DNA of 64,000 nt from Terriglobia bacterium (GTDB lineage: Bacteria; Acidobacteriota; Terriglobia; Terriglobales; Acidobacteriaceae), in contig CAVTGN010000002.1 of NCBI GenBank assembly GCA_963734265.1, positions 417,102 to 481,101 on the forward strand. Direction: 5' to 3'. Of this stretch, positions 1 to 8,088 are shown piece by piece. How positions within the stretch are numbered: position 1 is the first letter of the stretch; every line of letters begins with the position of its first letter. A program made the translations under genes and the position numbers. The notes beneath the pieces are model-generated. The model did not search any database. It had not been told where the DNA came from and worked only from the letters and a program-made list of their open reading frames with translations.

Positions 1-865
1 GTCCGGGTCCGAAATATTCCACGAACTTTCCCACCACGCCATGCTTGCGCAACATTTCGGTGATGGTCAGAACCAGATCGGTAGCGGTCGCGCCCTGGTG
101 AAGCTTGCCGGTGAGCTTTACGCCTACGACTTGCGGGATCAGCATGGAGACGGGCTGTCCCAGCATGGCGGCCTCGGCTTCGATGCCGCCGACGCCCCAT
201 CCCAGCACGCCAAGACCGTTAATCATGGTGGTGTGGGAATCGGTGCCGACCAGAGTATCCGGGTAAGCAGTGCGACGGCCGTTCTGTTCCTGCACGAAAA
301 CCACTCGCGCCAGATATTCGAGATTCACCTGATGAACGATGCCGGTATCGGGCGGCACAATAGCCAGATTGCGAAACGCGGTTTGGCCCCAGCGTAGAAA
401 AGCGTAGCGCTCTTTGTTGCGCAGGAATTCCAGTTCCGCATTGAACTGAAAGGATTGGGGCGTGCCAAATTCGTCGACTTGCACCGAGTGATCAATCACC
501 AATTCCGCCGGCTGCAGTGGATTGATCAAACCAGGATCGCCGGACAGCCGCTTCATGGCATCGCGCATGGCCGCGAGATCGACTACCGCGGGCACGCCGG
601 TAAAATCCTGCAGCAACACCCGGCTGGGCGTGAAAGCGATTTCCTTGTCCGGCTTCGATTTGCTGTTCCAGGCGGCCAGAGCCCGGATGTCGTTCTCGGT
701 CACGTTGCGGCCGTCTTCGGTGCGCAACAGGTTTTCCAGGAGAATGCGCAGAGAGTAGGGAAGATGTTTTGTGGAAACTCCGTTTTCGTCCAGCGCCTTG
801 AGACGGTAAATTTCGTATTCCTTGCTGCCCACGCGGAGGACGGAGCGGCTGCCGAAACTGTTCAT
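1..865 (-). CDS. acnA: aconitate hydratase AcnA, N-terminal 288 codons (gene runs off the window start)
   Basis: Reverse-strand translation from ATG (865-863) gives [29 protein letters not shown]. It reaches the window edge as [43 protein letters not shown], a conserved aconitase A motif. The frame is open over all 865 nt. The + strand ORFs 41..397 and 455..871 are antisense shadows. Confidence 0.9.
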   Translation of the reverse strand, partial: MNSFGSRSVLRVGSKEYEIYRLKALDENGVSTKHLPYSLRILLENLLRTEDGRNVTENDIRALAAWNSKSKPDKEIAFTPSRVLLQDFTGVPAVVDLAAMRDAMKRLSGDPGLINPLQPAELVIDHSVQVDEFGTPQSFQFNAELEFLRNKERYAFLRWGQTAFRNLAIVPPDTGIVHQVNLEYLARVVFVQEQNGRRTAYPDTLVGTDSHTTMINGLGVLGWGVGGIEAEAAMLGQPVSMLIPQVVGVKLTGKLHQGATATDLVLTITEMLRKHGVVGKFVEYFGPG

Positions 866-950
866 AGATGATTGCCTTCCTTACTCTAGTTTAATCCTTG
901 AATTGCGGATTTGCGTAGTTGGGCGGGTGGCCGGTACCAAAATGCATGAA

Positions 951-1031
951 CCACCAAGGACACGAAGTTACACGAAGGAATGAACAGGCAAAAACAGGGA
1001 TTCCCTTCGTGTAACTTCGTGTCCTTGGTGG
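951..1031. repeat. REP-E: perfect hairpin with 28-nt arms (CCACCAAGGACACGAAGTTACACGAAGG)
   Basis: Arms at 951-978 and 1004-1031 are exact reverse complements with a 25-nt loop. It lies in the divergent acnA / ABC-permease intergenic region. Confidence 0.85.
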
Positions 1032-1123
1032 TAAAAAAGGGCCGTTGAACGGGCATTGGCCAGGAGATTCATCTCCGTAATTGCGCCTCGAACCCGAAGC
1101 GGCTAGCATCTAACCGAATACGA

Positions 1124-2371
1124 ATGGCGACTGCCACCACCACCGCGCCGGAACGACGCCCCCCGAAGCTGGTTTACAGCGAGATTCTGAGTTTCGCTTA
1201 CGAGACTTTCCGCAGCAACAAGGTCAGGTTCGCACTCACCGCTTTGGGGATGGTGATCGGCACCGCCTCGCTGATTCTGGTCGTGACAATTGGCATGACC
1301 GGCAAGCAGTATGTGCTGAACCAGATTCAGGCTATCGGGACGAATCAGATTGAGGCGGAATACCAGAGTGGAAGCCAGCGCATCGCCAACGTCACTCCCG
1401 ACCCGCTGACCATCGACGACATGAAAGCTGCCCTGGAGGAAGTGCCGGGCATCATCGCGGCGTCTCCCGTGGTTTCGCTGAGCGACCGGGTTCCAGTGGG
1501 CGGCGGTAAAGAGCGCGATATTTCGGTGCTCGGGGTTTTTCCCGACTATCGGGTAGTGCGCAATCTGGTCATCGTGACCGGCAGGTTTTTCGACGAGCAG
1601 GACGAGCAGCAACACAACAAGGTCGGCGTGATCACGCAGAAAATGGCCGACGAGCTTTTCGGGTCGCAAGCCGAGGCGATCGGCAAAATCATCAAGCTGA
1701 GCGGCTTGCCTTTTACCATCGTGGGGACGTTCCGCGAACGGGTCGACACCTTCGGACAAACCGAGGTTGTCGACTACACCATGCTGATTCCCTACACGGT
1801 CAGCCGCTACTTTACTGACACTCCGACCGTAAAACAGATCTATTTCTCGGCGGCAGATCCGGCCATGGTCCAGCCGGCGACGGACCAGATTCGGCGAGTC
1901 ATTCAGAGCCGGCATCGGGCCGAGTCGGTTTATAACGTGATGAATCTCACCCAGTTGGTGGTGCTGGCGGAGAAGACCGCCAATGCTCTGACCCTGGTGT
2001 TGCTGCTGGTTGCAGCGGTGGTGCTCCTGGTCAGCGGCATCGGCATCATGAACATCATGCTGGCGACGGTAAGTTCACGCATCCGGGAAATTGGCATTCG
2101 CAAGGCTCTGGGAGCCACCAACCGCGAAATCCGTTTTCAGTTCCTGGCCGAAGCCATGACGATTTCTCTGGTCGGCGGGCTGATCGGCGTGGTCATCGGT
2201 TTGGCTCTGCCCTATTCCGTGCGCTTCCTGACCGAGTACCGCATCCCGATCTCGGGATTGTCCGCCATCGTTGCCATCGTGGTTTCTTCTTTGGTGGGCG
2301 TGATCTTTGGAACCCTTCCCGCGACGCGGGCAGCGAAACTGGATCCGGTGGAGAGTTTGAGGTACGAGTGA
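1124..2371 (+). CDS. ABC transporter permease, MacB/FtsX family
   Basis: 415-aa ORF with an N-terminal TM helix (FALTALGMVIGTASLILVVTIG), a large periplasmic domain and a C-terminal FtsX-type 3-TM block with REIGIRKALGATNREIRFQFLAEA. No adjacent ATPase gene. Confidence 0.85.
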   Translation: MATATTTAPERRPPKLVYSEILSFAYETFRSNKVRFALTALGMVIGTASLILVVTIGMTGKQYVLNQIQAIGTNQIEAEYQSGSQRIANVTPDPLTIDDMKAALEEVPGIIAASPVVSLSDRVPVGGGKERDISVLGVFPDYRVVRNLVIVTGRFFDEQDEQQHNKVGVITQKMADELFGSQAEAIGKIIKLSGLPFTIVGTFRERVDTFGQTEVVDYTMLIPYTVSRYFTDTPTVKQIYFSAADPAMVQPATDQIRRVIQSRHRAESVYNVMNLTQLVVLAEKTANALTLVLLLVAAVVLLVSGIGIMNIMLATVSSRIREIGIRKALGATNREIRFQFLAEAMTISLVGGLIGVVIGLALPYSVRFLTEYRIPISGLSAIVAIVVSSLVGVIFGTLPATRAAKLDPVESLRYE

Positions 2372-2376
2372 GAAGG

Positions 2377-2480
2377 CCTTCAGCTCTCAGCCTTTGGCTT
2401 TTAGCTTAAGCATCCAGCGAGACGCAGTTGACTTGGTAAATTGGGCCGGCTGAAAGCTAAGGCTGAGCAGCTGAAAGCTT
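2377..2480. repeat. REP-F copy 1: AGCT-rich palindromic element (CAGCTGAAAGCT type)
   Basis: Left arm CTTCAGCTCTCAGCCTTTGGCTTTTAGC and right arm GCTGAAAGCTAAGGCTGAGCAGCTGAAAG are imperfect inverted repeats. The same motif family occurs at 3296-3444, 43468-43493 and 63349-63428. Confidence 0.8.
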
Positions 2481-2497
2481 TTCTCTAAAAAACAAAC

Positions 2498-2517
2498 GCC
2501 GGGCTGGTTAGCCCGGC
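2498..2517. terminator. bidirectional intrinsic terminator between convergent genes
   Basis: Perfect 8-bp stem GCCGGGCT / AGCCCGGC with loop GGTT. It is flanked by an A-rich run upstream (AAAAAACAAAC) and a T-rich run downstream (TTATTCGTCTTT). Confidence 0.7.
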
Positions 2518-2595
2518 TTATTCGTCTTTATCACCTTGCGGGAACGGCTTGGTTCTGAGGTTCCCGTAGATTTCTTACATACTCTTGGTCACCGC

Positions 2596-2826
2596 TTACA
2601 TCACCAGAGCCAGACCCTCCAGCTCTTTTTGCAGCACGGGCATGGAGCAGCCCGACATTTCAACCCGGCCCACGGCGTCCATGGCTGCTTGAGGCGACAC
2701 TCCGTAGCCACGTCCCATGAGGAAGACTTGCAGGAGTTCAGCGGCTTCGCGCGAATCGATCAGGCCTCCCTGCAACAGATCGTTTCGCAGAGCCGTCAGC
2801 TCGGTACTGGAGAATCTATCTTTCAT
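2596..2826 (-). CDS. small hypothetical protein (76 aa)
   Basis: ORF MKDRFSSTELTALRNDLLQGGLIDSREAAELLQVFLMGRGYGVSPQAAMDAVGRVEMSGCSMPVLQKELEGLALVM with GGAGG 11 nt upstream of ATG 2826 (alternative GTG at 2838). Composition is typical of the flanking genes. No family recognised. Confidence 0.5.
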   Translation of the reverse strand: MKDRFSSTELTALRNDLLQGGLIDSREAAELLQVFLMGRGYGVSPQAAMDAVGRVEMSGCSMPVLQKELEGLALVM

Positions 2827-3102
2827 GGTCGTTATCACCTCCGACCTTGACCTTCTCTACTGCATTAGACTCACTAGCTGCCATCAACGTTGCATGCAAT
2901 TTTGGTGCCGCATCCAGCCCACTGTTCTATATACGTTCGCAGCAGCGGATTGGTTTCTTAAACCCCTTACAATGCGGCAAGTTGCAGGCGCCCGTGATTT
3001 TTTGGTGACAAATCGGAGTGGCACGAACGGGCCATATTGGTCCGTCTCGTTCCATAACGGGATTGACACGTTGTGTCGTTCTGGGACGACAGAATATGGC
3101 TT

Positions 3103-3273
3103 TCAGGAGGGTTCGGTTACCGCCTCATCCACCAGCAGAATCGGGATGTCATCGCGAATCGGGTACGCCCGGCGACACTCGCCGCACTTTAACGTCTGTC
3201 CCTCATCCTTCAGGACCAGGGGCTTCTTGCAGACCGGGCAAACCAGTATGTCGAGCAAATCTTGGGGAATCAT
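3103..3273 (-). CDS. Trm112 family protein (UPF0434, YcaR-like zinc ribbon), 56 aa
   Basis: Hand translation gives MIPQDLLDILVCPVCKKPLVLKDEGQTLKCGECRRAYPIRDDIPILLVDEAVTEPS, which has the Trm112 signature (LL.ILVCP.CK..L ... C..C...YPI.DGIP.LL). It is below the 60-aa cut-off of the ORF track. Confidence 0.85.
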   Translation of the reverse strand: MIPQDLLDILVCPVCKKPLVLKDEGQTLKCGECRRAYPIRDDIPILLVDEAVTEPS

Positions 3274-3295
3274 GGGACAGATTTTACGCCTAAAG

Positions 3296-3444
3296 GTCTC
3301 AGCCGTCAGCTATCAGCTTTCAGCTGTCAGCGTTCCAGTCTGCCGGCGTCATCCTGACGGACTACAGTCCTGAAGGATCCGGCGCGCGCCCCCGCATTTT
3401 GGCTCGGAGCTAGCTGAGAGCTGATAGCTGAAAGCTGAAAGCTG
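3296..3444. repeat. REP-F copy 2 (AGCT-rich palindromic element)
   Basis: CAGCCGTCAGCTATCAGCTTTCAGCTGTCAGC on the left and GCTAGCTGAGAGCTGATAGCTGAAAGCTGAAAGCTG on the right. The core carries a REP-A-like fragment (GTCATCCTGAC ... CCTGAAGGATCC). Confidence 0.8.
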
Positions 3445-3492
3445 CGTTACGATAAGTTTTCCGACTTGATCTCATGCGGGAGGCGAGACTTC

Positions 3493-4440
3493 ATGGCAGC
3501 CACCATTCTGGACGGTAACAAGATCGCCGCCGAAATCCGGGCGGAAGTGGCTTCCGAGGTCAAAAGCATGACATCTGCGGGAATGCGCCCCGGTCTGGCC
3601 GTCATCCTGGTCGGGCACAATCCTGCGTCTGAAATCTACGTGCGTGGAAAAGTAAAGAGTTGTGAAGAAGTGGGAATTTACAGCGAACAGCTGACTCCGC
3701 CCGACACGATTTCCACCGAAGAACTGCTGGACCTGGTTTTGCGCTTGAACCGGCGTGACGACATTGACGGCATCCTGGTGCAGCTTCCGCTGCCGCCTCA
3801 GGTCGATTCCAAGAAGATTCTGATGGCGGTGGACCCAGCCAAAGACGTGGACGGCTTCCATCCCGTCAACGTGGGCTTTCTTTCCACCCAGCGACCGGGG
3901 TTGGTGCCATGCACGCCGGCGGGCATCATGCAGATTCTCAAGCGCAGTGGAATCGGCGTGGCTGGGCAGGAGGCAGTGGTCGTGGGCCGGAGCGACATTG
4001 TCGGCAAGCCGGTCGCCATGCTGCTGATCAACGCCAATGCGACGGTGACTGTCTGCCACTCCAAGACCCGCGATCTTCCCGGAGTTTGCCGGCGGGCCGA
4101 CATTCTGGTGGCCGCCATTGGCCGCGCGGGAATGATTACACGTGATTTCGTAAAGCCCGGGGCGACCGTGATCGACGTAGGCATGAATAAGGTAACGGAT
4201 CGCGCTGAGTTCGACCGTTTGTTCGCAGGCAACGTCAAAAGAGAAGAAAGCTTCCGGACGAAAGGCTCGACGCTGGTGGGCGACGTGCACCCGGAAGTTG
4301 CTGAAGTGGCGGGAGCGATTACGCCTGTGCCCGGCGGCGTGGGACCGCTGACTATTGCCATGCTGATGTCAAACACCGTCAAGGCGGCCAAGATGCGGAG
4401 AGGTTCGCGCATCCCGGCATTAGCCGCGGAGCACGCCTGA
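3493..4440 (+). CDS. folD: bifunctional methylenetetrahydrofolate dehydrogenase / methenyltetrahydrofolate cyclohydrolase FolD
   Basis: MAATILDGNKIAAEIRAEV start with GGGAGG upstream. Motifs GILVQLPLP, VVVGRSDIVGKPVAMLL and ITPVPGGVGPLTIAML are present. The ORF track starts 9 codons earlier (3466). Confidence 0.93.
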   Translation: MAATILDGNKIAAEIRAEVASEVKSMTSAGMRPGLAVILVGHNPASEIYVRGKVKSCEEVGIYSEQLTPPDTISTEELLDLVLRLNRRDDIDGILVQLPLPPQVDSKKILMAVDPAKDVDGFHPVNVGFLSTQRPGLVPCTPAGIMQILKRSGIGVAGQEAVVVGRSDIVGKPVAMLLINANATVTVCHSKTRDLPGVCRRADILVAAIGRAGMITRDFVKPGATVIDVGMNKVTDRAEFDRLFAGNVKREESFRTKGSTLVGDVHPEVAEVAGAITPVPGGVGPLTIAMLMSNTVKAAKMRRGSRIPALAAEHA

Positions 4441-4441
4441 A

Positions 4442-5059
4442 GTGCTGAAGGTCGGTTTGACCGGCGGCATTGCCGCGGGCAAATCCGTGGTGGGCGAAAT
4501 GTTTGCCGCGCTCGGAGCCCACGTCATCCAGGCCGACGAGATTGCACATCAGCTCATGCAGCCCGGCGACGCGGTTTATCAGGACGTAGTAGCCCACTTT
4601 GGCGCCGGAATCCTCGATCCCGGAGGCAGCGTAAACCGGGCCCGCTTGGCCGAATTAGCTTTCGGAAGCAAACCTTCCCGGGTTCAGGAACTGAATCAGA
4701 TCGTTCATCCGGCGGTGATTCGCAGACAAGAGGAGTGGATGAAAGAGGTGGCTGAGCGCGATCCCCATGCCATCGCTTTGGTGGAGGCGGCGCTTATCCT
4801 CGAAGCCGATATGGCGAAGAGGCTCGACCGGCTGATCGTGGTGACCTGCCATCCGGAGCAGCGTATCGAACGCTGGGCTCGGCGCCTGAACGTGGATGAG
4901 GAGACAGCACGTCGCGAGGTGAGTCGCCGTATGGCGGCACAGCTTCCAGATGGAGAAAAGATCAAAGCCGCCGACTTTGTGGTCGATAACTCAGGGTCGC
5001 TGGATGAAACCCGACGCCAGGTAAAGGAAATTTACGCCGATCTGAAGAAGGAAGCTTAA
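4442..5059 (+). CDS. coaE: dephospho-CoA kinase
   Basis: The N-terminus (M)LKVGLTGGIAAGKS contains the P-loop. Length is 205 aa. The GTG start lies 1 nt after the folD stop. Confidence 0.9.
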   Translation: MLKVGLTGGIAAGKSVVGEMFAALGAHVIQADEIAHQLMQPGDAVYQDVVAHFGAGILDPGGSVNRARLAELAFGSKPSRVQELNQIVHPAVIRRQEEWMKEVAERDPHAIALVEAALILEADMAKRLDRLIVVTCHPEQRIERWARRLNVDEETARREVSRRMAAQLPDGEKIKAADFVVDNSGSLDETRRQVKEIYADLKKEA

Positions 5060-5078
5060 GCCTGGAGTTGGCAAGAGC

Positions 5079-5197
5079 CACGGGGGACAGCCGCTCCCGG
5101 CTGTCCAGTCGAGCGCAGCTCGACAGTGTTTTACTCAGATCGCCACAAAATTGCGGAGCTTTGCTCCGCCGGGCAGTCGAGGGCGGCTGCCCCCACA
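5079..5197. repeat. REP-B copy 1 (GGGGACAGCCGC type multi-hairpin element)
   Basis: CACGGGGGACAGCCGCTCCCGGCTGTCCAGTCGAGCGCAGCTCGAC ... GGAGCTTTGCTCCGCCGGGCAGTCGAGGGCGGCTGCCCCCAC. Other copies lie at 48728-48842 and 52359-52477. Confidence 0.85.
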
Positions 5198-5249
5198 CAG
5201 TTCTTGCTGCTTGAGAGGATTTAGAATTGGTAACGGAAGGTCTTTGGAC

Positions 5250-6393
5250 ATGAGGCTGTTGCGAACCATCCTGCTGGCAGTAATCTTCGCCGGCGCGTTT
5301 TATTTCTTCACCACCTACCGATCGGGTCAGTTCCATCCGACGGACTGGCTTGGCCGTCCCAGTAACAAAGTGAATATCACCGAGGCGGCTACGCCCGAAC
5401 CCTTCGACAACGAAGAACAGAACAACATCAGCGTCTACCGCAAGAACATCGATTCGGTGGTGAACATTACTTCGCGAGCCATGGCCTTCGATTTTTTCTA
5501 TGGTCTGGTGCCGCAGGAGGGCCAGGGATCGGGTTTCATCATCGATAAAGAAGGTCACGTGCTCACCAACTATCACGTGATCGCCGAAGCCCGGCAGGTC
5601 GAGGTGACGCTGCACAACCGCAAGAAATTCCGCGCCACCGTCATCGGCACCGACCGCTCCCACGATCTGGCGGTGCTTCAGATCAAGGGCGCGGAATTCA
5701 CCCCCATGGTGCTCGGCGACTCGCGGAATCTGCAGGTGGGACAGAAGGTGTATGCCATCGGCAATCCCTTCGGGCTTTCGGGCACCATGACGCGGGGAAT
5801 CATCAGTTCGATCCGCCCGGTGCAGGAGCCCGATGGCATGCAGATCGACGAAGCCATTCAGACCGACGCGGCAATCAATCCCGGCAATTCGGGCGGCCCA
5901 TTGCTCAACTGGCATGGCGAGGTGATCGGGATTAATACGATGATCGCCTCCAGCGTAGGTCAGAGCGCGGGCATCGGTTTTGCCATTCCCGTGAACACCG
6001 CCAAAGCCGTGCTGAATGATCTGGTCACTCTCGGGCGCGTGCGGCGTCCCGCGCTCGGGAGTCCGGACGATTCCGATTACTCCCGAATTGGCCGAGCAGA
6101 TGGGACTGGCCGCTGATAGCGGATTGCTGGTCGTGCAAGTCGTGCCCGGCGGAGCGGCAGACCGCGCCGGGCTGCGTGGCGGCAGCGAGCGGGCTTATCT
6201 GGGGAACATCCCGATCATGGTAGGCGGTGATTTGATCGTCGCCATCGACGGTCAGGACGTTCGGGACCAGCAGGACCTCAGCCAGGTGATGAACAATCAT
6301 CGCGCAGGCGACACCGTTAGGCTCACCATATATCGCGACAAGAAGAAGATGGATGTAAGCGTGATGCTGGGCGAGGCGCGGGAGCAGGTCTGA
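5250..6393 (+). CDS. HtrA/DegP-family serine protease with C-terminal PDZ domain, interrupted by a 1-nt insertion
   Basis: Signal anchor MRLLRTILLAVIFAGAFYFF and catalytic motifs TNYHV, DLAVLQI and GNSGGPLL lie in ORF 5151..6116. The PDZ part (GVRTIPITPELAEQMGL...GDLIVAIDG) is in ORF 6016..6393, one frame over. Deleting one G of GGG 6057-6059 joins them as ...GRVRRPALGVRTIPI... (380 aa). Confidence 0.85.
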
Positions 6394-6441
6394 GATAAAC
6401 CGCCAAAATCTTCCGGGTTGAAAATCGGGACTTGAAACATT

Positions 6442-6474
6442 ATCTTTGTTTCGCAGGATCTTTGTTTTCGCAGG
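6442..6474 (+). promoter_or_regulatory. adjacent direct repeat ATCTTTGTTT(T)CGCAGG x2 upstream of the GNAT gene
   Basis: Copy 1 is 6442-6457 and copy 2 is 6458-6474. They are identical apart from one extra T and lie about 130 nt upstream of ATG 6607. Any function is inferred. Confidence 0.3.
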
Positions 6475-6606
6475 TTAAAGTTTTTTCCGCCTATGACTGC
6501 CGTCCTCTAAATCCGCTGGTGGCTTAACCGGAAAGACGCGCGTAAGTGTGCGCGCCATTTCGCGTCTTGATTGCTGTGTTTCTAAAACCAGAAAGGATTG
6601 TCTCCC

Positions 6607-7423
6607 ATGGAATTTGTAGACAAGGCATTCGCTCGCCGTTTAGAGGCTGCGGAAGAAATGCCACAGGTGCACTATGCCGGCCTTTACCAGAAGTTGCGCC
6701 CGGAGATAAATGCTGCCGCGGAACCAATCAGCGGCGGCCACATGATTTTCGCAGGCGTCGGTTCGCTCATCGGCCGCGCGGTCGGGATGGGTTTTGCGGG
6801 GCCGGTTTCAACCGCCGACCTGGATCGGTTGGAGGAGTTCTACCGCTCCCGCGGCGCGCCCTCCCAGTTCGACCTATGTCCATTGAGCGATGCCACGCTG
6901 CTGGAACTGGTGAAGGAGCGCGAGTACGGTCTGCTCGAGCTCAATAACGTTCTCTATCGCCGACTGGAAGGAACCGAGGACATGGGACCGGCGCCGGCGG
7001 GAATCCGTGATTCGTCCGGGCAGGAAGGAAGAGGCTGAGACCTTTTCCGGCATTCTGGAGCGCAGTTTCTTTCCCAACGGAGACGCGCCCGGCGATTTCG
7101 CGGCCATGGTCACTCCGATATTTCAGATGGAAGGAGCCCTGCTCTTTGTGGCCGAGGCGGAGGGCAAAACGGTAGCTTGCGGCGCCGGATTGCTCATCCC
7201 CGAGCATAAAGTCGTCGCGCTGTTTGGCGCGGGAACACTGCCAGAGTTTCGTGGCCGCGGGCTGCAAACGACCTTACTGCGTCTGCGGATGCAAGTGGCG
7301 GCGCAGGCAGGCTGCGAGGTGGCCGTGATCGTGACTCAGGGCGGATCAACTTCGCAACGCAACGCGGAACGGCTGGGATTTCGCGTGGCCTACAGCAAGG
7401 CCACGGTAATCAAGAAGCTTTAA
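6607..7423 (+). CDS. two-domain GNAT family N-acetyltransferase, probably interrupted by a 1-nt insertion near 7000-7010
   Basis: ORF 6598..7038 (MEFVDKAFARRLEAAE...) and ORF 7007..7423 overlap in adjacent frames. The second carries the acetyl-CoA motif FRGRGLQTTLLRL plus QRNAERLGFR. Removing one base gives a 271-aa protein. Two separate overlapping genes cannot be excluded. Confidence 0.6.
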
Positions 7424-7482
7424 CTGCACGGTGGTGATCGCGCATAAAAGCGGGAGGGGTACGGCCAGGAAAGGCAAGGCTC

Positions 7483-7534
7483 GGGAAGGGCACGGCTTCA
7501 GTTCTGGCGGCACGACTAAACTGTTGCCCTTCCC
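7483..7534. repeat. REP-H copy 1 (GGGAAGGGCACGGCTTCAGT motif)
   Basis: A 10-bp stem GGGAAGGGCA / TGCCCTTCCC encloses a 32-nt loop. It shares a 20-mer with 29595-29620. Confidence 0.65.
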
Positions 7535-7576
7535 AAGACCTTCCCAAAAACCGCGATTCACAGGGATGCGAAAAAA

Positions 7577-7981
7577 ATGAACGTTGAACTGATCCGCCGC
7601 TTCTGTCTCGATTTCCCCCATGCCACCGAGAATTTACAGTGGGGAGACGACCTTTGCTTCAAAGTCGGTGGCAAGATTTTTGCAGCTTTGTGGCTGGGTT
7701 CGGTACCACAGCGCCTGACCTTCAAATGCGCCCCGGAAACCTTCGTCGAATTGGTGGAACAGGAGGGAATTGGTCCCGCACCCTACGTAGGCCGCTACAA
7801 ATGGGTTTCGCTGGAGCGTCTGGATGTTTTGCCCTGGTCCGAGTTGAAGGATTTGTTGCAGCAGTCCTACGAGATGGTGGCGTCGAAGGCAAAGACCGGA
7901 AAGACCAGTAGGAAACCCAAGAAATCAGTCGGTGAAAAAGCGCTAGCGTTTCTTTGCGTCCTTTGCGCCCTTTGCGGTTAA
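7577..7981 (+). CDS. MmcQ/YjbR family DNA-binding protein
   Basis: MNVELIRRFCLDFPHATENLQWGDDLCFKVGGKIFA...YVGRYKWVSL matches the YjbR-family pattern. The last 10 codons (...LAFLCVLCALCG) are encoded by REP-D copy 1. Confidence 0.8.
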   Translation: MNVELIRRFCLDFPHATENLQWGDDLCFKVGGKIFAALWLGSVPQRLTFKCAPETFVELVEQEGIGPAPYVGRYKWVSLERLDVLPWSELKDLLQQSYEMVASKAKTGKTSRKPKKSVGEKALAFLCVLCALCG

Positions 7982-8020
7982 AGCCTTTAACGCAAAGACC
8001 GCCAAGGAAATCGCGCAAAG
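7952..8020. repeat. REP-D copy 1 (CTTTGCG-triplet palindrome)
   Basis: CTTTGCGTCCTTTGCGCCCTTTGCGG ... CGCAAAGACCGCCAAGGAAATCGCGCAAAG. The second copy is at 37499-37583. Confidence 0.8.
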
Positions 8021-8088
8021 TACGAAAAGAGACCCATCATTTGACTCTCCCTTATCCGCTAGGCTAGCCTCTGACAGTCCCATCTTCT

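Noticed and set aside
41-871. The + strand ORFs 41..397, 455..871 and 522..758 as possible genes
   Set aside because: They lie exactly antisense to an uninterrupted, strongly conserved aconitase reading frame. They have no recognisable motifs and are typical high-GC shadow ORFs.
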